Of a DNA stretch of 64,000 nt, positions 49,542 to 58,261 are shown piece after piece. Where the stretch lies: the NCBI GenBank assembly GCA_041611095.1, contig JBFINP010000004.1, positions 4,065 through 68,064 on the forward strand, read 5' to 3'. Each line of letters opens with the position of its first letter. Position 1 is the stretch's first letter. Both the position numbers and the translations under genes were made by a program. Below the pieces are notes generated by a model. That model saw nothing but the letters and a program-made list of their open reading frames with translations, ran no database searches and was not told where the DNA came from. The DNA comes from Acidimicrobiia bacterium (GTDB lineage Bacteria > Actinomycetota > Acidimicrobiia > Spongiisociales > UBA5794).

Positions 49542-49949
49542 GTGCGACTGACGACGGCAATGCTTGCGGATGCCGCTCAGGTCCAGGGTGGCAAGCTCTA
49601 CATCCTCGGCGGGGGTTTCGAGACGATCCGCGCCCGATCCGTTCCGGTGATCCACCGCAATCTGAACCTCGCCCTCATCGTCGAGGTAGGTCCGGACGAG
49701 CGGAACCGGGACTTGGATCTCACGATCGACCTCATCGACGAGGACGGCAAGAAGCTCGGCGTCACCGCAAAGGGCCGACTTCGCGTCGCCGATCAGGCGA
49801 ACCTCCCGCCCGGCGCATCGAGCGTTGTGCCACTCGTGAGCCCCTTCTACAACGTCCGGTTCCCCGAGGCCAAGGGCTACACGTTCGTGGTGCACCATCT
49901 CGAGGAGGAGCTGGGCCGGGTACGGCTGAGGGTCGTGGAGACCGCGTGA
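49542..49949 (+). CDS. hypothetical protein (135 aa), coupled to the downstream phosphatidyltransferase
   Basis: Clean ORF with GTG start. Its stop overlaps the next start (GTGA). No motif recognised. Confidence 0.55.
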   Translation: MRLTTAMLADAAQVQGGKLYILGGGFETIRARSVPVIHRNLNLALIVEVGPDERNRDLDLTIDLIDEDGKKLGVTAKGRLRVADQANLPPGASSVVPLVSPFYNVRFPEAKGYTFVVHHLEEELGRVRLRVVETA

Positions 49950-50524
49950 GCGAGCGCGCCGGCGATGGCTCGGCGATTCTCACGATTCCCAACATCGTGT
50001 CGTTCGTCCGGCTTCTCATGGTTCCGGTCTTTCTGTGGCTGCTCCTCGCAGAGGATCAGGTCGCGGCTGCGGGATGGCTACTCGGGATCATCGGGTCCAC
50101 CGACTGGGTGGACGGCTACCTGGCGCGACGGCTCGGACAGATCAGCGAGCTGGGCAAGCTGCTCGATCCGGTGGCCGACCGGCTGGCAGTCGTTGCTGCA
50201 GTCGTGGGCGGACTCATCGCCGGTGTGTTGCCCGGCTGGTTCGCCTGGGCGCTCATCGTACGCGAGGCGGTCGTCGCCGCGGGGGCTGCATACATTGCCG
50301 TCCGCGGTGGCGGCAAGCTCGACGTCCGGCCCCTCGGGAAGCTGTCAACGCTGCTGCTCTACGCCGCGATCGCATGGTGGTACATCGGTGTCGGGACACC
50401 GTTTCGCCCCCTCGAGGTCGCGGCTTGGGTCGTCGGCATCCCCGGCCTCGTTCTCTACTACGTGGTCGGCTTCCAATACGCCTCGGATGCGCTCCGCGTG
50501 CTTCGGCGCCCGGTCACCCCGTGA
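49946..50524 (+). CDS. CDP-alcohol phosphatidyltransferase (PgsA/cardiolipin-synthase-like)
   Basis: DWVDGYLARRLGQISELGKLLDPVADRL matches D-G-x2-A-R-x8-G-x3-D-x3-D. Multi-TM protein. Confidence 0.85.
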   Translation: MSERAGDGSAILTIPNIVSFVRLLMVPVFLWLLLAEDQVAAAGWLLGIIGSTDWVDGYLARRLGQISELGKLLDPVADRLAVVAAVVGGLIAGVLPGWFAWALIVREAVVAAGAAYIAVRGGGKLDVRPLGKLSTLLLYAAIAWWYIGVGTPFRPLEVAAWVVGIPGLVLYYVVGFQYASDALRVLRRPVTP

Positions 50525-50568
50525 GGCGGCGGCGGTAAGCTCCGGCCGGCACCCCGAGGAGGACCAGC

Positions 50569-50952
50569 TTGCACACACCCGACGACCTCCGGTACGCAGA
50601 GAACCACGAGTGGGCCCGCCTGGAGGCCGACGGCGGTGTGCGAGTCGGCATCACCGACTACGCCCAGGATGCGCTCGGAGACATCGTCTACGTCGACCTT
50701 CCCGAGGTCGGGCGGAAGCTCGCTGCGGGCGAGGCCTTTGGTGAGGTCGAGTCGACGAAATCGGTCTCCGACGTCTACGCACCGGTGGCGGGCACCGTCG
50801 AGGCGGTGAACGGCGCCCTCGGTGACACGCCAGAGGTCGTGAACTCCGATCCCTACGGATCAGGATGGATGGTTCTGATTCGACCTGATGATTCCGGTGC
50901 TCTCGATGCCCTCATGGATGCCGCCGCATACGAGGGTTACACCGCGGAGTGA
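50569..50952 (+). CDS. gcvH: glycine cleavage system protein H
   Basis: YAENHEWARLE ... GEVESTKSVSDVYAPVAG (lipoyl-Lys context). TTG start. Confidence 0.92.
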   Translation: MHTPDDLRYAENHEWARLEADGGVRVGITDYAQDALGDIVYVDLPEVGRKLAAGEAFGEVESTKSVSDVYAPVAGTVEAVNGALGDTPEVVNSDPYGSGWMVLIRPDDSGALDALMDAAAYEGYTAE

Positions 50953-51011
50953 GCACGCTTCGGGCCCAAAGCCTCAACCTGACGTAGAGGTTGCTGGGCT
51001 ACGATGGCGGC

Positions 51012-51434
51012 ATGAACGAGCAGTCGCAGGGTGATTCCGCCGACGCACCCAAGGTGGAGAGCGATCCGACGATCGTGTACCGCCCCGAATCGGGTCCGAT
51101 CGGTGAACTCGAGTCCGATCGGCGGCTCACCGGTGTCTTTCGCTATGCCCTCGTCGTCGAGCGGGGTCCCCGGGCCGGGCTCGCCTACGTTCTCGGCGAA
51201 GGTCAGACGGTCGCCGGGCGCGCAGACGACGTCGACATCTTCCTCGGCGACGTGACCGTGTCGCGCCACCACGCCCGCTTCACCGTCGACACAACCGGGC
51301 TGCGGGTCGAGGACCTCGGATCGACCAACGGCACGTACGTGAACATGGACCGAACCGACGCAACGGTCCTCATGCCGGGCGACGAGGTGATCATCGGCAA
51401 GTTCCACCTCATCGTGACGGTCGGCAACGCATGA
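51012..51434 (+). CDS. garA: FHA-domain protein GarA/OdhI-like
   Basis: FHA core GRADDVDIFLGDVTVSRHHARF ... DLGSTNGTYVN. Synteny gcvH-garA-MerR as in mycobacteria. Start uncertain (ATG 51012 or TTG 50991). Confidence 0.85.
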   Translation: MNEQSQGDSADAPKVESDPTIVYRPESGPIGELESDRRLTGVFRYALVVERGPRAGLAYVLGEGQTVAGRADDVDIFLGDVTVSRHHARFTVDTTGLRVEDLGSTNGTYVNMDRTDATVLMPGDEVIIGKFHLIVTVGNA

Positions 51435-51467
51435 GCCCGTCGGGCTGCACCGCTCGTCGATGGCCTC

Positions 51468-52199
51468 ATGGGTTCGTGGCCGGGGACGGGTGATCCTCCG
51501 GTGGCGACGTACCGCAAGGAACACAGCATCGGCGAAGTCATCGCACTCCTCCAGGAGGAGTTCCCGGATCTCACCATCTCCAAGGTGCGGTTCCTGGAGG
51601 GACAGGGGCTGATCGAGCCGCGCCGCAGCCCGGCCGGGTACCGGATGTTCGACGAGGACGACGTCCGCCGCATCCAATACATCCTGCGCGAGCAGCGCGA
51701 CCACTTCCTTCCCCTCAAGGTGATCAAATCCAAGCTCGCCGCATGGGAGCGGGGCGAGAGCGTCGCCGCCCGTCCGGAGAGCGGTCCGCCTCCCGAGTCC
51801 TACTTCGGTTCGTCGGGTGTTTCACTCAGCCTCGACGAGCTGAGCCGCGCCGCCGGGCTCACGAGGCGTCAGATCGATGATCTCGTGGCCAACGGAGTGC
51901 TCGATCCGCTGCAGTTCCCCGACAGGACGCTGATCTTCCGCGACGAGGACCTCCTGGTCGCCCGTGCCGCACACCGGCTGCTCGCCCAGGGACTCGAACC
52001 TCGCCACCTGCGCACCATGCGACTCGCTGCCGATCGAGAGGTGGATCTGCTCGGCCAACTGGTCATGCCGTTGCTGCGGCATCGCAATCCGGAGAATCGA
52101 CGTCGTGCCGCCGAGATGCTCGCCGACTGTGCGCAGGCCGGCGCCCAGCTCCAAGAGGCGATCGTGCGAGGACGGCTGAAGCGGATGCTCGAAGGGTGA
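51468..52199 (+). CDS. MerR-family transcriptional regulator
   Basis: HTH SIGEVIALLQEEFPDLTISKVRFLEGQGLIEPRRSPAGYRMFDEDDV. Confidence 0.82.
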   Translation: MGSWPGTGDPPVATYRKEHSIGEVIALLQEEFPDLTISKVRFLEGQGLIEPRRSPAGYRMFDEDDVRRIQYILREQRDHFLPLKVIKSKLAAWERGESVAARPESGPPPESYFGSSGVSLSLDELSRAAGLTRRQIDDLVANGVLDPLQFPDRTLIFRDEDLLVARAAHRLLAQGLEPRHLRTMRLAADREVDLLGQLVMPLLRHRNPENRRRAAEMLADCAQAGAQLQEAIVRGRLKRMLEG

Positions 52200-53242
52200 T
52201 GTCCGCCGCAGGCACCCTCACGGCGGTCCTGGCAATAACGGCAGCGCTCCTGGTGCCGCCCGTCCCCGTGCCGGTGACCGGGCCGCGACCCGAGCCCCCT
52301 GAGCTCACTGCAGGGGCGTGGATCCTCTACGACGCCGCCGGCGACGTCGTACTCGCCGAGCATCAGTCCGACGAGCCCAGAGCCATGGCGTCGGTCACGA
52401 AGGTGATGACGGCCCTGGTAGTGAGGGCCCACGCCGATCTCGAGGATCGCGTGCGCATCTCCGAGCTTGCCACCGCCGTGGGCGAATCCGAGGTGGGGTT
52501 GGTCCCGGGAGAGCGCTGGACGGTGCGTGACCTGCTGTACGCATTGCTGGTGCGCTCGGCGAACGACGCGGCGGTAGCGCTGGCCGAGCACGTGGGCGGA
52601 TCGGTCGAAGGGTTCGCCGAGCTCATGAACGAACGCGCCGCCGAGCTCGGCCTGACCAACTCGTCGTTCACCAACCCCCACGGGCTCGACGAGAACAGCC
52701 ACTACTCGTCCGCGAGCGACCTGGCCGTCATGGCGACGGCGCTCCTCCACGACGACGTGCTCGCCACCATGGTCCGGACCCGGCTCGTCGTCTTCAAGCC
52801 CGCACCCGACGGGTCGGCACGGATCGCCCGGAACACCAACCGGCTGCTTGGGGAGTATCCGGGCACGGCCGGGGTCAAGACGGGATTCACGGGAGTCGCC
52901 GGCAAGGTGTTGATATCTGCCCTGGAGACCCCGGATCGGCTCATCATCGGGGTGGTCATGGGATCCGACGACCACTTCGCAGACAGCCGCGAGCTTCTCG
53001 AGTACGGGGAGGAGCTGGTCACGTTTGCAGATCGGTGGCAGCGACCGTTGCTGCTCGAGCAGGGTGGAGCCGGGCTCGGGGACCCCACACTCGACGAGGC
53101 GACGCGAGCGCGACTGCTGGCCGTACCGCCACTCCCGGACGCACAGGGTGACGTCGGCAGGCTGCGAGACACCGCCGCCGGGACCGAGATGGAGGAGCGG
53201 CTGCGCGAGTTGCTCCCGCAGCTGCTCGGTGGGAGTGGATGA
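52196..53242 (+). CDS. D-alanyl-D-alanine carboxypeptidase (S11 PBP)
   Basis: SVTKVMT (SxxK), SAND (SxN) and KTGFT (KTG) motifs, plus an N-terminal signal/anchor. Confidence 0.85.
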   Translation: MMSAAGTLTAVLAITAALLVPPVPVPVTGPRPEPPELTAGAWILYDAAGDVVLAEHQSDEPRAMASVTKVMTALVVRAHADLEDRVRISELATAVGESEVGLVPGERWTVRDLLYALLVRSANDAAVALAEHVGGSVEGFAELMNERAAELGLTNSSFTNPHGLDENSHYSSASDLAVMATALLHDDVLATMVRTRLVVFKPAPDGSARIARNTNRLLGEYPGTAGVKTGFTGVAGKVLISALETPDRLIIGVVMGSDDHFADSRELLEYGEELVTFADRWQRPLLLEQGGAGLGDPTLDEATRARLLAVPPLPDAQGDVGRLRDTAAGTEMEERLRELLPQLLGGSG

Positions 53243-53802
53243 CGTCGACGCAGTTCGTCCAGGTCGTCGAAGAACCGCAGCTCCGGGAGCGAGTCGCCCA
53301 GCTCGGTGCCGAGATCGCCGACGATTACGCGGGGGAGGCACCGGTCTTGGTTGGTGTCCTCAGTGGCTCGGTGATGTTCCTGGCCGACCTGATTCGTGGC
53401 ATCGACCTCCCCGCCGAGGTCGACTTTCTGGCGCTCACCCGCTTCGGTAGTCAGGGGAGGGTCTCGATCGTCATGGACACCGAACTGTCGCTCGCCGACC
53501 GGCATGTCGTGATCGTCGAAGACATCGTCGACACGGGCCTCACACTCGCCGCCCTCCGGCGGATGATCGAGCTTCGCGAGGTGGCGAGTCTGCGCACCGT
53601 GGCGCTACTCGACAAGGTGACACGCCGGATCGTCGACGTTCCGGTCGAATACCGGGGCTTCGAGGTCGGTGACGAATTCCTCCTCGGCTACGGACTGGAC
53701 TGGAACGGCAGATACCGCAACGTGCGCTCTCTGTGGGCTGTCATGGACCTGCAGACCCTCGCCGAGGACGAGCTCTCCTTCGCCGAGGTCGCCTTCCGGT
53801 AG
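53239..53802 (+). CDS. hpt: hypoxanthine phosphoribosyltransferase
   Basis: PRPP motif VVIVEDIVDTGLTL and VGVLSGSVMFLADL. Confidence 0.9.
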   Translation: MTSTQFVQVVEEPQLRERVAQLGAEIADDYAGEAPVLVGVLSGSVMFLADLIRGIDLPAEVDFLALTRFGSQGRVSIVMDTELSLADRHVVIVEDIVDTGLTLAALRRMIELREVASLRTVALLDKVTRRIVDVPVEYRGFEVGDEFLLGYGLDWNGRYRNVRSLWAVMDLQTLAEDELSFAEVAFR

Positions 53803-53862
53803 CCGACGAGGCGGCCCTGGGGTCGCCGCATCGCCGCCACGCCTCGGTGATAGGCTGACCGA

Positions 53863-54351
53863 ATGAACGATCCTGTGCCGATGGATCTCATTGGGGTGAG
53901 GCTCGAGCTCCCCACCAAGAGCCCGATTCTGCTGCTGCGCGAGTCGGGCGGCACACGGTATCTGCCCATCTGGATCGGGACCAACGAGGCGACTGCGATC
54001 GCGCTGGCGTTGGAGGGCGTCGAACCACAGCGCCCGCTCACCCACGATCTCCTCAAGCTCGTGACGGAGTCGCTCGGGGCCTCAGTCGTTCGCGTGGTGG
54101 TGACCGAGCTCACGGGCGGCACCTTCTTCGCCGACCTCGTCATGGTGCGCGATGGCGAGGAATATCACGTGTCGTCCCGCCCCTCGGATGCGATCGCCCT
54201 CGCCGCCCGCACGTCATCGCCGGTCTTTGCCGCCCGCCAAGTCCTCGACGAGGTGGGTGTCGAGATCCAGGACGCATCCGAGGAAGAGGAGATCGAGCGT
54301 TTCCGTGAATTCCTCGAGGACGTGTCGCCGGAGGACTTCGGCAGCGACTGA
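53863..54351 (+). CDS. bifunctional nuclease (DUF151) family protein
   Basis: LLLRESGGTRYLPIWIGTNEATAIALALEGVEPQRPLTHDLL. Confidence 0.85.
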   Translation: MNDPVPMDLIGVRLELPTKSPILLLRESGGTRYLPIWIGTNEATAIALALEGVEPQRPLTHDLLKLVTESLGASVVRVVVTELTGGTFFADLVMVRDGEEYHVSSRPSDAIALAARTSSPVFAARQVLDEVGVEIQDASEEEEIERFREFLEDVSPEDFGSD

Positions 54352-54412
54352 GCTTGCCGCACGGCCGCACCGGTCGACCTTTCGAGCCCCCTCAGTTGTC
54401 CACAGGAGGTTG

Positions 54413-54442
54413 TTGACAAGTCGCGCGTCTCCTTCCTAGTTT
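54413..54442 (+). promoter_or_regulatory. candidate sigma-70-type promoter: TTGACA - 18 nt - TAGTTT
   Basis: The -35 hexamer sits inside an imperfect palindrome TTGTCCACA-N6-TGTTGACAA (54396-54419). Located 65 nt upstream of the MerR-family gene start. Confidence 0.4.
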
Positions 54443-54506
54443 CAGCTCCGTAGTTCGGCGGGCGAAATTACGTCGGTGTAAGCTACGGAGAACGAGGAGG
54501 CCCGCA

Positions 54507-55019
54507 GTGCCCGAGCAGGCGACCGAGCAACCAACGAGCGATGAGCAGAGTGCGCTCACGGACGGATACCGAGCTCCCCAGGTGTGCAATCTGGTCGGGA
54601 TCAGTTATCGCCAGCTCGATTACTGGGCTCGCACCGGGCTCATCCGGCCCTCCATCCAGTCGGCCCGCGGATCGGGCACCCAACGTCTCTACTCGTTCAC
54701 CGACGTCGTCCAGCTCAAGGTCGTCAAGCGGTTGCTCGATGCGGGCATGAGCCTCAAGCGGATTCGCAGTGCGATGGACATCCTGCGCGAGCAGCTCGAC
54801 AGCGACGCTCCACTCTCGGATGTGACGCTGCTCTCCGACGGCACGACGATCTACGCGGCCCACAGCGCCGACGAGGTCGTCGACGTGTTCCGGCGAGGAC
54901 AGGGAGTGTTCGGCATCGCAGTCGGCCCCGTCCAACAGGAGCTGGAAGGCGAGCTCCACCGGCTGTTCCCCGAGTCGGGCAAAGACGCCGACTCGATCGC
55001 GGAGGCCCAGGCCAACTGA
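54507..55019 (+). CDS. MerR-family transcriptional regulator (Rv1830-like position)
   Basis: YRAPQVCNLVGISYRQLDYWARTGLIRPS...RLYSFTDVVQLKVVKRLLDAGMSL. GTG start. Confidence 0.85.
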   Translation: MPEQATEQPTSDEQSALTDGYRAPQVCNLVGISYRQLDYWARTGLIRPSIQSARGSGTQRLYSFTDVVQLKVVKRLLDAGMSLKRIRSAMDILREQLDSDAPLSDVTLLSDGTTIYAAHSADEVVDVFRRGQGVFGIAVGPVQQELEGELHRLFPESGKDADSIAEAQAN

Positions 55020-55471
55020 GCACTCCCGACGAGTTCGAGCAGACACCGGCCGATCTGGTCGACTTCGCACACGAGAGCGAGCGCCAATTCGCCAAGCTCT
55101 TGGACTTCTACGACGTCGAGTGGGAGTACGAGCCGACCGAGTTCGCCGTGGAATGGGACTCCGTTGGAGCGGCAACCAAACATTTCCGCCCGGACTTCTA
55201 CCTTCCGGGCGAGGACCTCTTCATCGAGATCACCACGATGAATCAGAAGCTGGTGACGAAGAAGAATCGCAAGGTCAAGCTGCTGCGCGAGCTCTACCCG
55301 GAAGTGAACTGCAAGATCTTCTACCAGCGGGATTACCTCAATCTGCTCGTGAAGTACGAGCTCGACGGCCTCACCGATCAGGACCTCCCGACGGCACCGA
55401 GCCGTATCCCTGGTCCGCCCCAGGTGGTCAACCTGGGGGAGGAGGACGCCGAGGACGTCGCAGCCGGCTGA
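55016..55471 (+). CDS. conserved hypothetical protein, possible PD-(D/E)xK-like fold; start unresolved
   Basis: Good coding composition. HFRPDFYLPGEDLFIEITTM motif. No canonical start codon near the 5' end of the conserved part. Confidence 0.55.
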   Translation: MSTPDEFEQTPADLVDFAHESERQFAKLLDFYDVEWEYEPTEFAVEWDSVGAATKHFRPDFYLPGEDLFIEITTMNQKLVTKKNRKVKLLRELYPEVNCKIFYQRDYLNLLVKYELDGLTDQDLPTAPSRIPGPPQVVNLGEEDAEDVAAG

Positions 55472-55560
55472 GGCCAGGCGGCGCTCTTCGGACATCCCCT
55501 AGGCTTGCTCCGGCTGCGAGCGCGCCGCGAGGCGCTCCAACCGACCGAGGAGGAGACACG

Positions 55561-56610
55561 ATGCCAGAGACACCCCTGCGGTCGGTGCACGAATCCCTCG
55601 GTGCCCGATTCACGGAGTTCTCCGGCTGGGAGATGCCCCTCCAGTACGAAGGCGTCGTCGCCGAGCACATGGCAGTTCGCTCCGGCGCAGGCGTTTTCGA
55701 CGTGTCCCACCTCGGTCGGTTCCGAGTGAGTGGCCCGGGCGCAACCGAGCTCATTCGCCGGCAGCTGTGCAACGACATCGCCAGCGTCGGGGCGGGTCGG
55801 GCTCAGTACACCATGGCGCTCAACGAGTCGGGAGGCGTCGAAGACGACATCATCGTATGGCGCCTCGCCGAGGAGGAGTACTGGGTGCTCCCCAATGGGG
55901 CCAACTTCGACGACATCGTCGCCCGCTTCGAGTCGGCGGCTCCCGCCGGAGTCTGGGTCGAACCCGTCCGCACCGAAACCGTGCTGCTGGCAGTACAGGG
56001 CCCGCAGGCGCTCGGCGTCATCGGGAACGTGCTCGGCCTGTCGCCCGGCCGGTTCCGCGTCGTCCAGGGGGAGTACGCCGGAGGCCCACTGTGGGTGGCG
56101 GGGACCGGTTACACGGGAGAGCGCGGGGCGGAGATGGCGGTTCCGGCTTACGCCGGAACCCGGTTGCTCCGTGAACTCGTCGAGGCGGGTGCAGTGCCGT
56201 GCGGGCTCGGCGCCCGCGACACGCTGCGGCTCGAGATGGGGTACCCGCTGTGGGGGCAGGATCTCGACGAGTACACGACGCCCCTCGAGGCGGGCCTCGA
56301 GTGGGTCGTGGACTGGGAGCACGAATTCGTCGGGAAGGCGGCGCTCGAGGCGCAGCGCGCGGACGGCCTCACGAAGCGACTCGTCGGCTTTCGCCTCGCC
56401 GGGAGACGCATTCCCCGGCCCGGCTACGACCTTCGGGTCGGTGAGTCGCTGGGAGCCGTGGCGAGCGGCAACTTCAGTCCCGTCCTGGGCTGCGGCATCG
56501 GAATGGGCTACGTAGCCCCGCCGACCGACTCACCCGACGTTGCGGTCGACATCCGTGGTGAGTGGCACGACGCCAAGCGAGTCGAGCCGCCCTTCATCGA
56601 GGTCGGCTGA
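55561..56610 (+). CDS. gcvT: glycine cleavage system aminomethyltransferase T
   Basis: PLRSVHESLGARFTEFSGWEMPLQYEGVVAEHMAVRSGAGVFDVSHLG. ATG preceded by GAGGAGGAG. Confidence 0.92.
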   Translation: MPETPLRSVHESLGARFTEFSGWEMPLQYEGVVAEHMAVRSGAGVFDVSHLGRFRVSGPGATELIRRQLCNDIASVGAGRAQYTMALNESGGVEDDIIVWRLAEEEYWVLPNGANFDDIVARFESAAPAGVWVEPVRTETVLLAVQGPQALGVIGNVLGLSPGRFRVVQGEYAGGPLWVAGTGYTGERGAEMAVPAYAGTRLLRELVEAGAVPCGLGARDTLRLEMGYPLWGQDLDEYTTPLEAGLEWVVDWEHEFVGKAALEAQRADGLTKRLVGFRLAGRRIPRPGYDLRVGESLGAVASGNFSPVLGCGIGMGYVAPPTDSPDVAVDIRGEWHDAKRVEPPFIEVG

Positions 56611-56694
56611 CGGGACTGGAGCTCGCCTGATCCGGGGTGTGGGCAGCTTGTGTACCCTCCGCCGCGGAGCTGCGACGGACGGGGTAACGAGTCG

Positions 56695-57444
56695 ATGACG
56701 GTTCTCTACGGAGTCGATGTGGGGGGAAGCGGAGTCAAGGGTGCCCTCGTCGACCTCGAGGCGGGGACCCTGCTGAGCAAGCGAACGCGAATCCCCACCC
56801 CACAACCATCCACACCGCCGGCCGTGTTCGACGTGATCGCCACGCTGGTGGCGAAGGCGGAGTGGGAGGGTCCACTCGGTGTCGCCATCCCAGCGGTAGT
56901 GGTCGACGGCGTCGCCAAGTCGGCGGCCAACATCGACGACGCGTGGATCGACACCGACGTCGCCACCACGTTGAGCGCCGTGTGCGACCGGGAGATCGTC
57001 GTCCTCAACGACGCCGATGCGGCGGGTCTCGCCGAGATGCGCTATGGGGTCGGTCGGGGAGAGGGCGGGGTGGTGATTCTGCTGACCTTTGGCACCGGCG
57101 TGGGCAGCGCGGTCTTCGCGGACGGCGTGCTCGTGCCCAACACCGAGTTCGGGCACCTCGAGTTTCGAGGGGGAGCCGCCGAGTTGGCGACGGCGGCGCG
57201 GCTGGTCGAAGATGACGAGATGTCGCTGAAGAAGTGGGCCCGGACGGTGGACGAGTACCTCCACCTGCTGTACCGGGTGTTCACTCCTCAGCTCGTGATC
57301 GTGGGTGGCGGGATCAGCAAGCGCTTCGAGGAGTTCGAGAAGTGGATCGACGTGGAGTGCCGTGTCGTGCCGGCGCGGCTGCGCAACAAGGCCGGCATCG
57401 TGGGGGCCGCAACGGCCGCCCACGAGCGAGCGCGAAAGGCGTGA
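56695..57444 (+). CDS. ppgK: ROK-family polyphosphate glucokinase
   Basis: [16 protein letters not shown] ... [12 protein letters not shown] ... EFGHLE motifs. Confidence 0.85.
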   Translation: MTVLYGVDVGGSGVKGALVDLEAGTLLSKRTRIPTPQPSTPPAVFDVIATLVAKAEWEGPLGVAIPAVVVDGVAKSAANIDDAWIDTDVATTLSAVCDREIVVLNDADAAGLAEMRYGVGRGEGGVVILLTFGTGVGSAVFADGVLVPNTEFGHLEFRGGAAELATAARLVEDDEMSLKKWARTVDEYLHLLYRVFTPQLVIVGGGISKRFEEFEKWIDVECRVVPARLRNKAGIVGAATAAHERARKA

Positions 57445-57445
57445 C

Positions 57446-58261
57446 ATGGATGTGATAGTCGGCTCGTTTCCCGTGCGAGACGGAACGCCGCTGTTCACGA
57501 AACGGTGGGCGATCGCCGACCCGCAGGCGACGATGGTCCTCGTTCACGGTGCGTCCGAGCACATCGGGCGGTGGAATCACGTTGCGGAGTTCTTCGTGGA
57601 TCGCGGCTTCGAGGTGTTCGGCTACGACCATCGCGGGCACGGCGCCTCGGGTGGCGACCGGATCCACGTCGACCATTTCGACGACTACGTCGAAGATCTC
57701 GCCGAGATCGTGGCCCACGTGCGCAGCGAGCTGCCGCTCGTGATCTACGGACACTCGATGGGTGGCCTCATCGCCACTGCCTATGCCGAGTCGGCCCACC
57801 AGCAACCCGAGCTGTACGTGCTGTCCGCCCCGGCCCTCGACGTCAACTCACCAGGCGCCCTCAAGGCCGCCGCTCCGTTCATCGGTCGAGCGTTGCCCAA
57901 GCTCCGGCTCAAGGGACCCGTCACCGCGGACAAGCTGTCGCGGGATCCGAAGGTTGGCGAGGCCTACATGGCAGACCCGATGGTGCACCTCGACGGCACG
58001 ACGAGGTGGGGAGCCGAATTCCTGGCGGCCGGTGTGCGTTGCCGGACTGATGTCGGTTCGATCCGAGTGCCGGTGCTGGTCATCCACGGAGGCGAGGACA
58101 CGCTCATTCCCCCCGCGGCGTCGGCACCGCTCGCCGCCGGCGACACGGTCGAGCGCCGAGTGTTCCCCGGTCTGCGGCACGAGGTCCACAACGAGCCCGA
58201 GGCCAAAGAGGTTCTGGAGTTCGTAGCCGGCTGGTTGGAGGGCCGCCTCAACCCCCGGTGA
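57446..58261 (+). CDS. alpha/beta hydrolase (lysophospholipase / monoacylglycerol lipase-like)
   Basis: VLVHGASEH, nucleophile elbow GHSMGG and C-terminal GLRHEVHNE. Confidence 0.82.
   Translation: MDVIVGSFPVRDGTPLFTKRWAIADPQATMVLVHGASEHIGRWNHVAEFFVDRGFEVFGYDHRGHGASGGDRIHVDHFDDYVEDLAEIVAHVRSELPLVIYGHSMGGLIATAYAESAHQQPELYVLSAPALDVNSPGALKAAAPFIGRALPKLRLKGPVTADKLSRDPKVGEAYMADPMVHLDGTTRWGAEFLAAGVRCRTDVGSIRVPVLVIHGGEDTLIPPAASAPLAAGDTVERRVFPGLRHEVHNEPEAKEVLEFVAGWLEGRLNPR

Noticed and set aside
55472-55560. Expected glycine riboswitch upstream of gcvT, and likewise upstream of gcvH at 50525-50568.
   Set aside because: The spacers are only about 90 and 45 nt, and I could not find the conserved GGAGAG...ACCGAAGGGGCAA-type cores. 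No riboswitch call is supportable.
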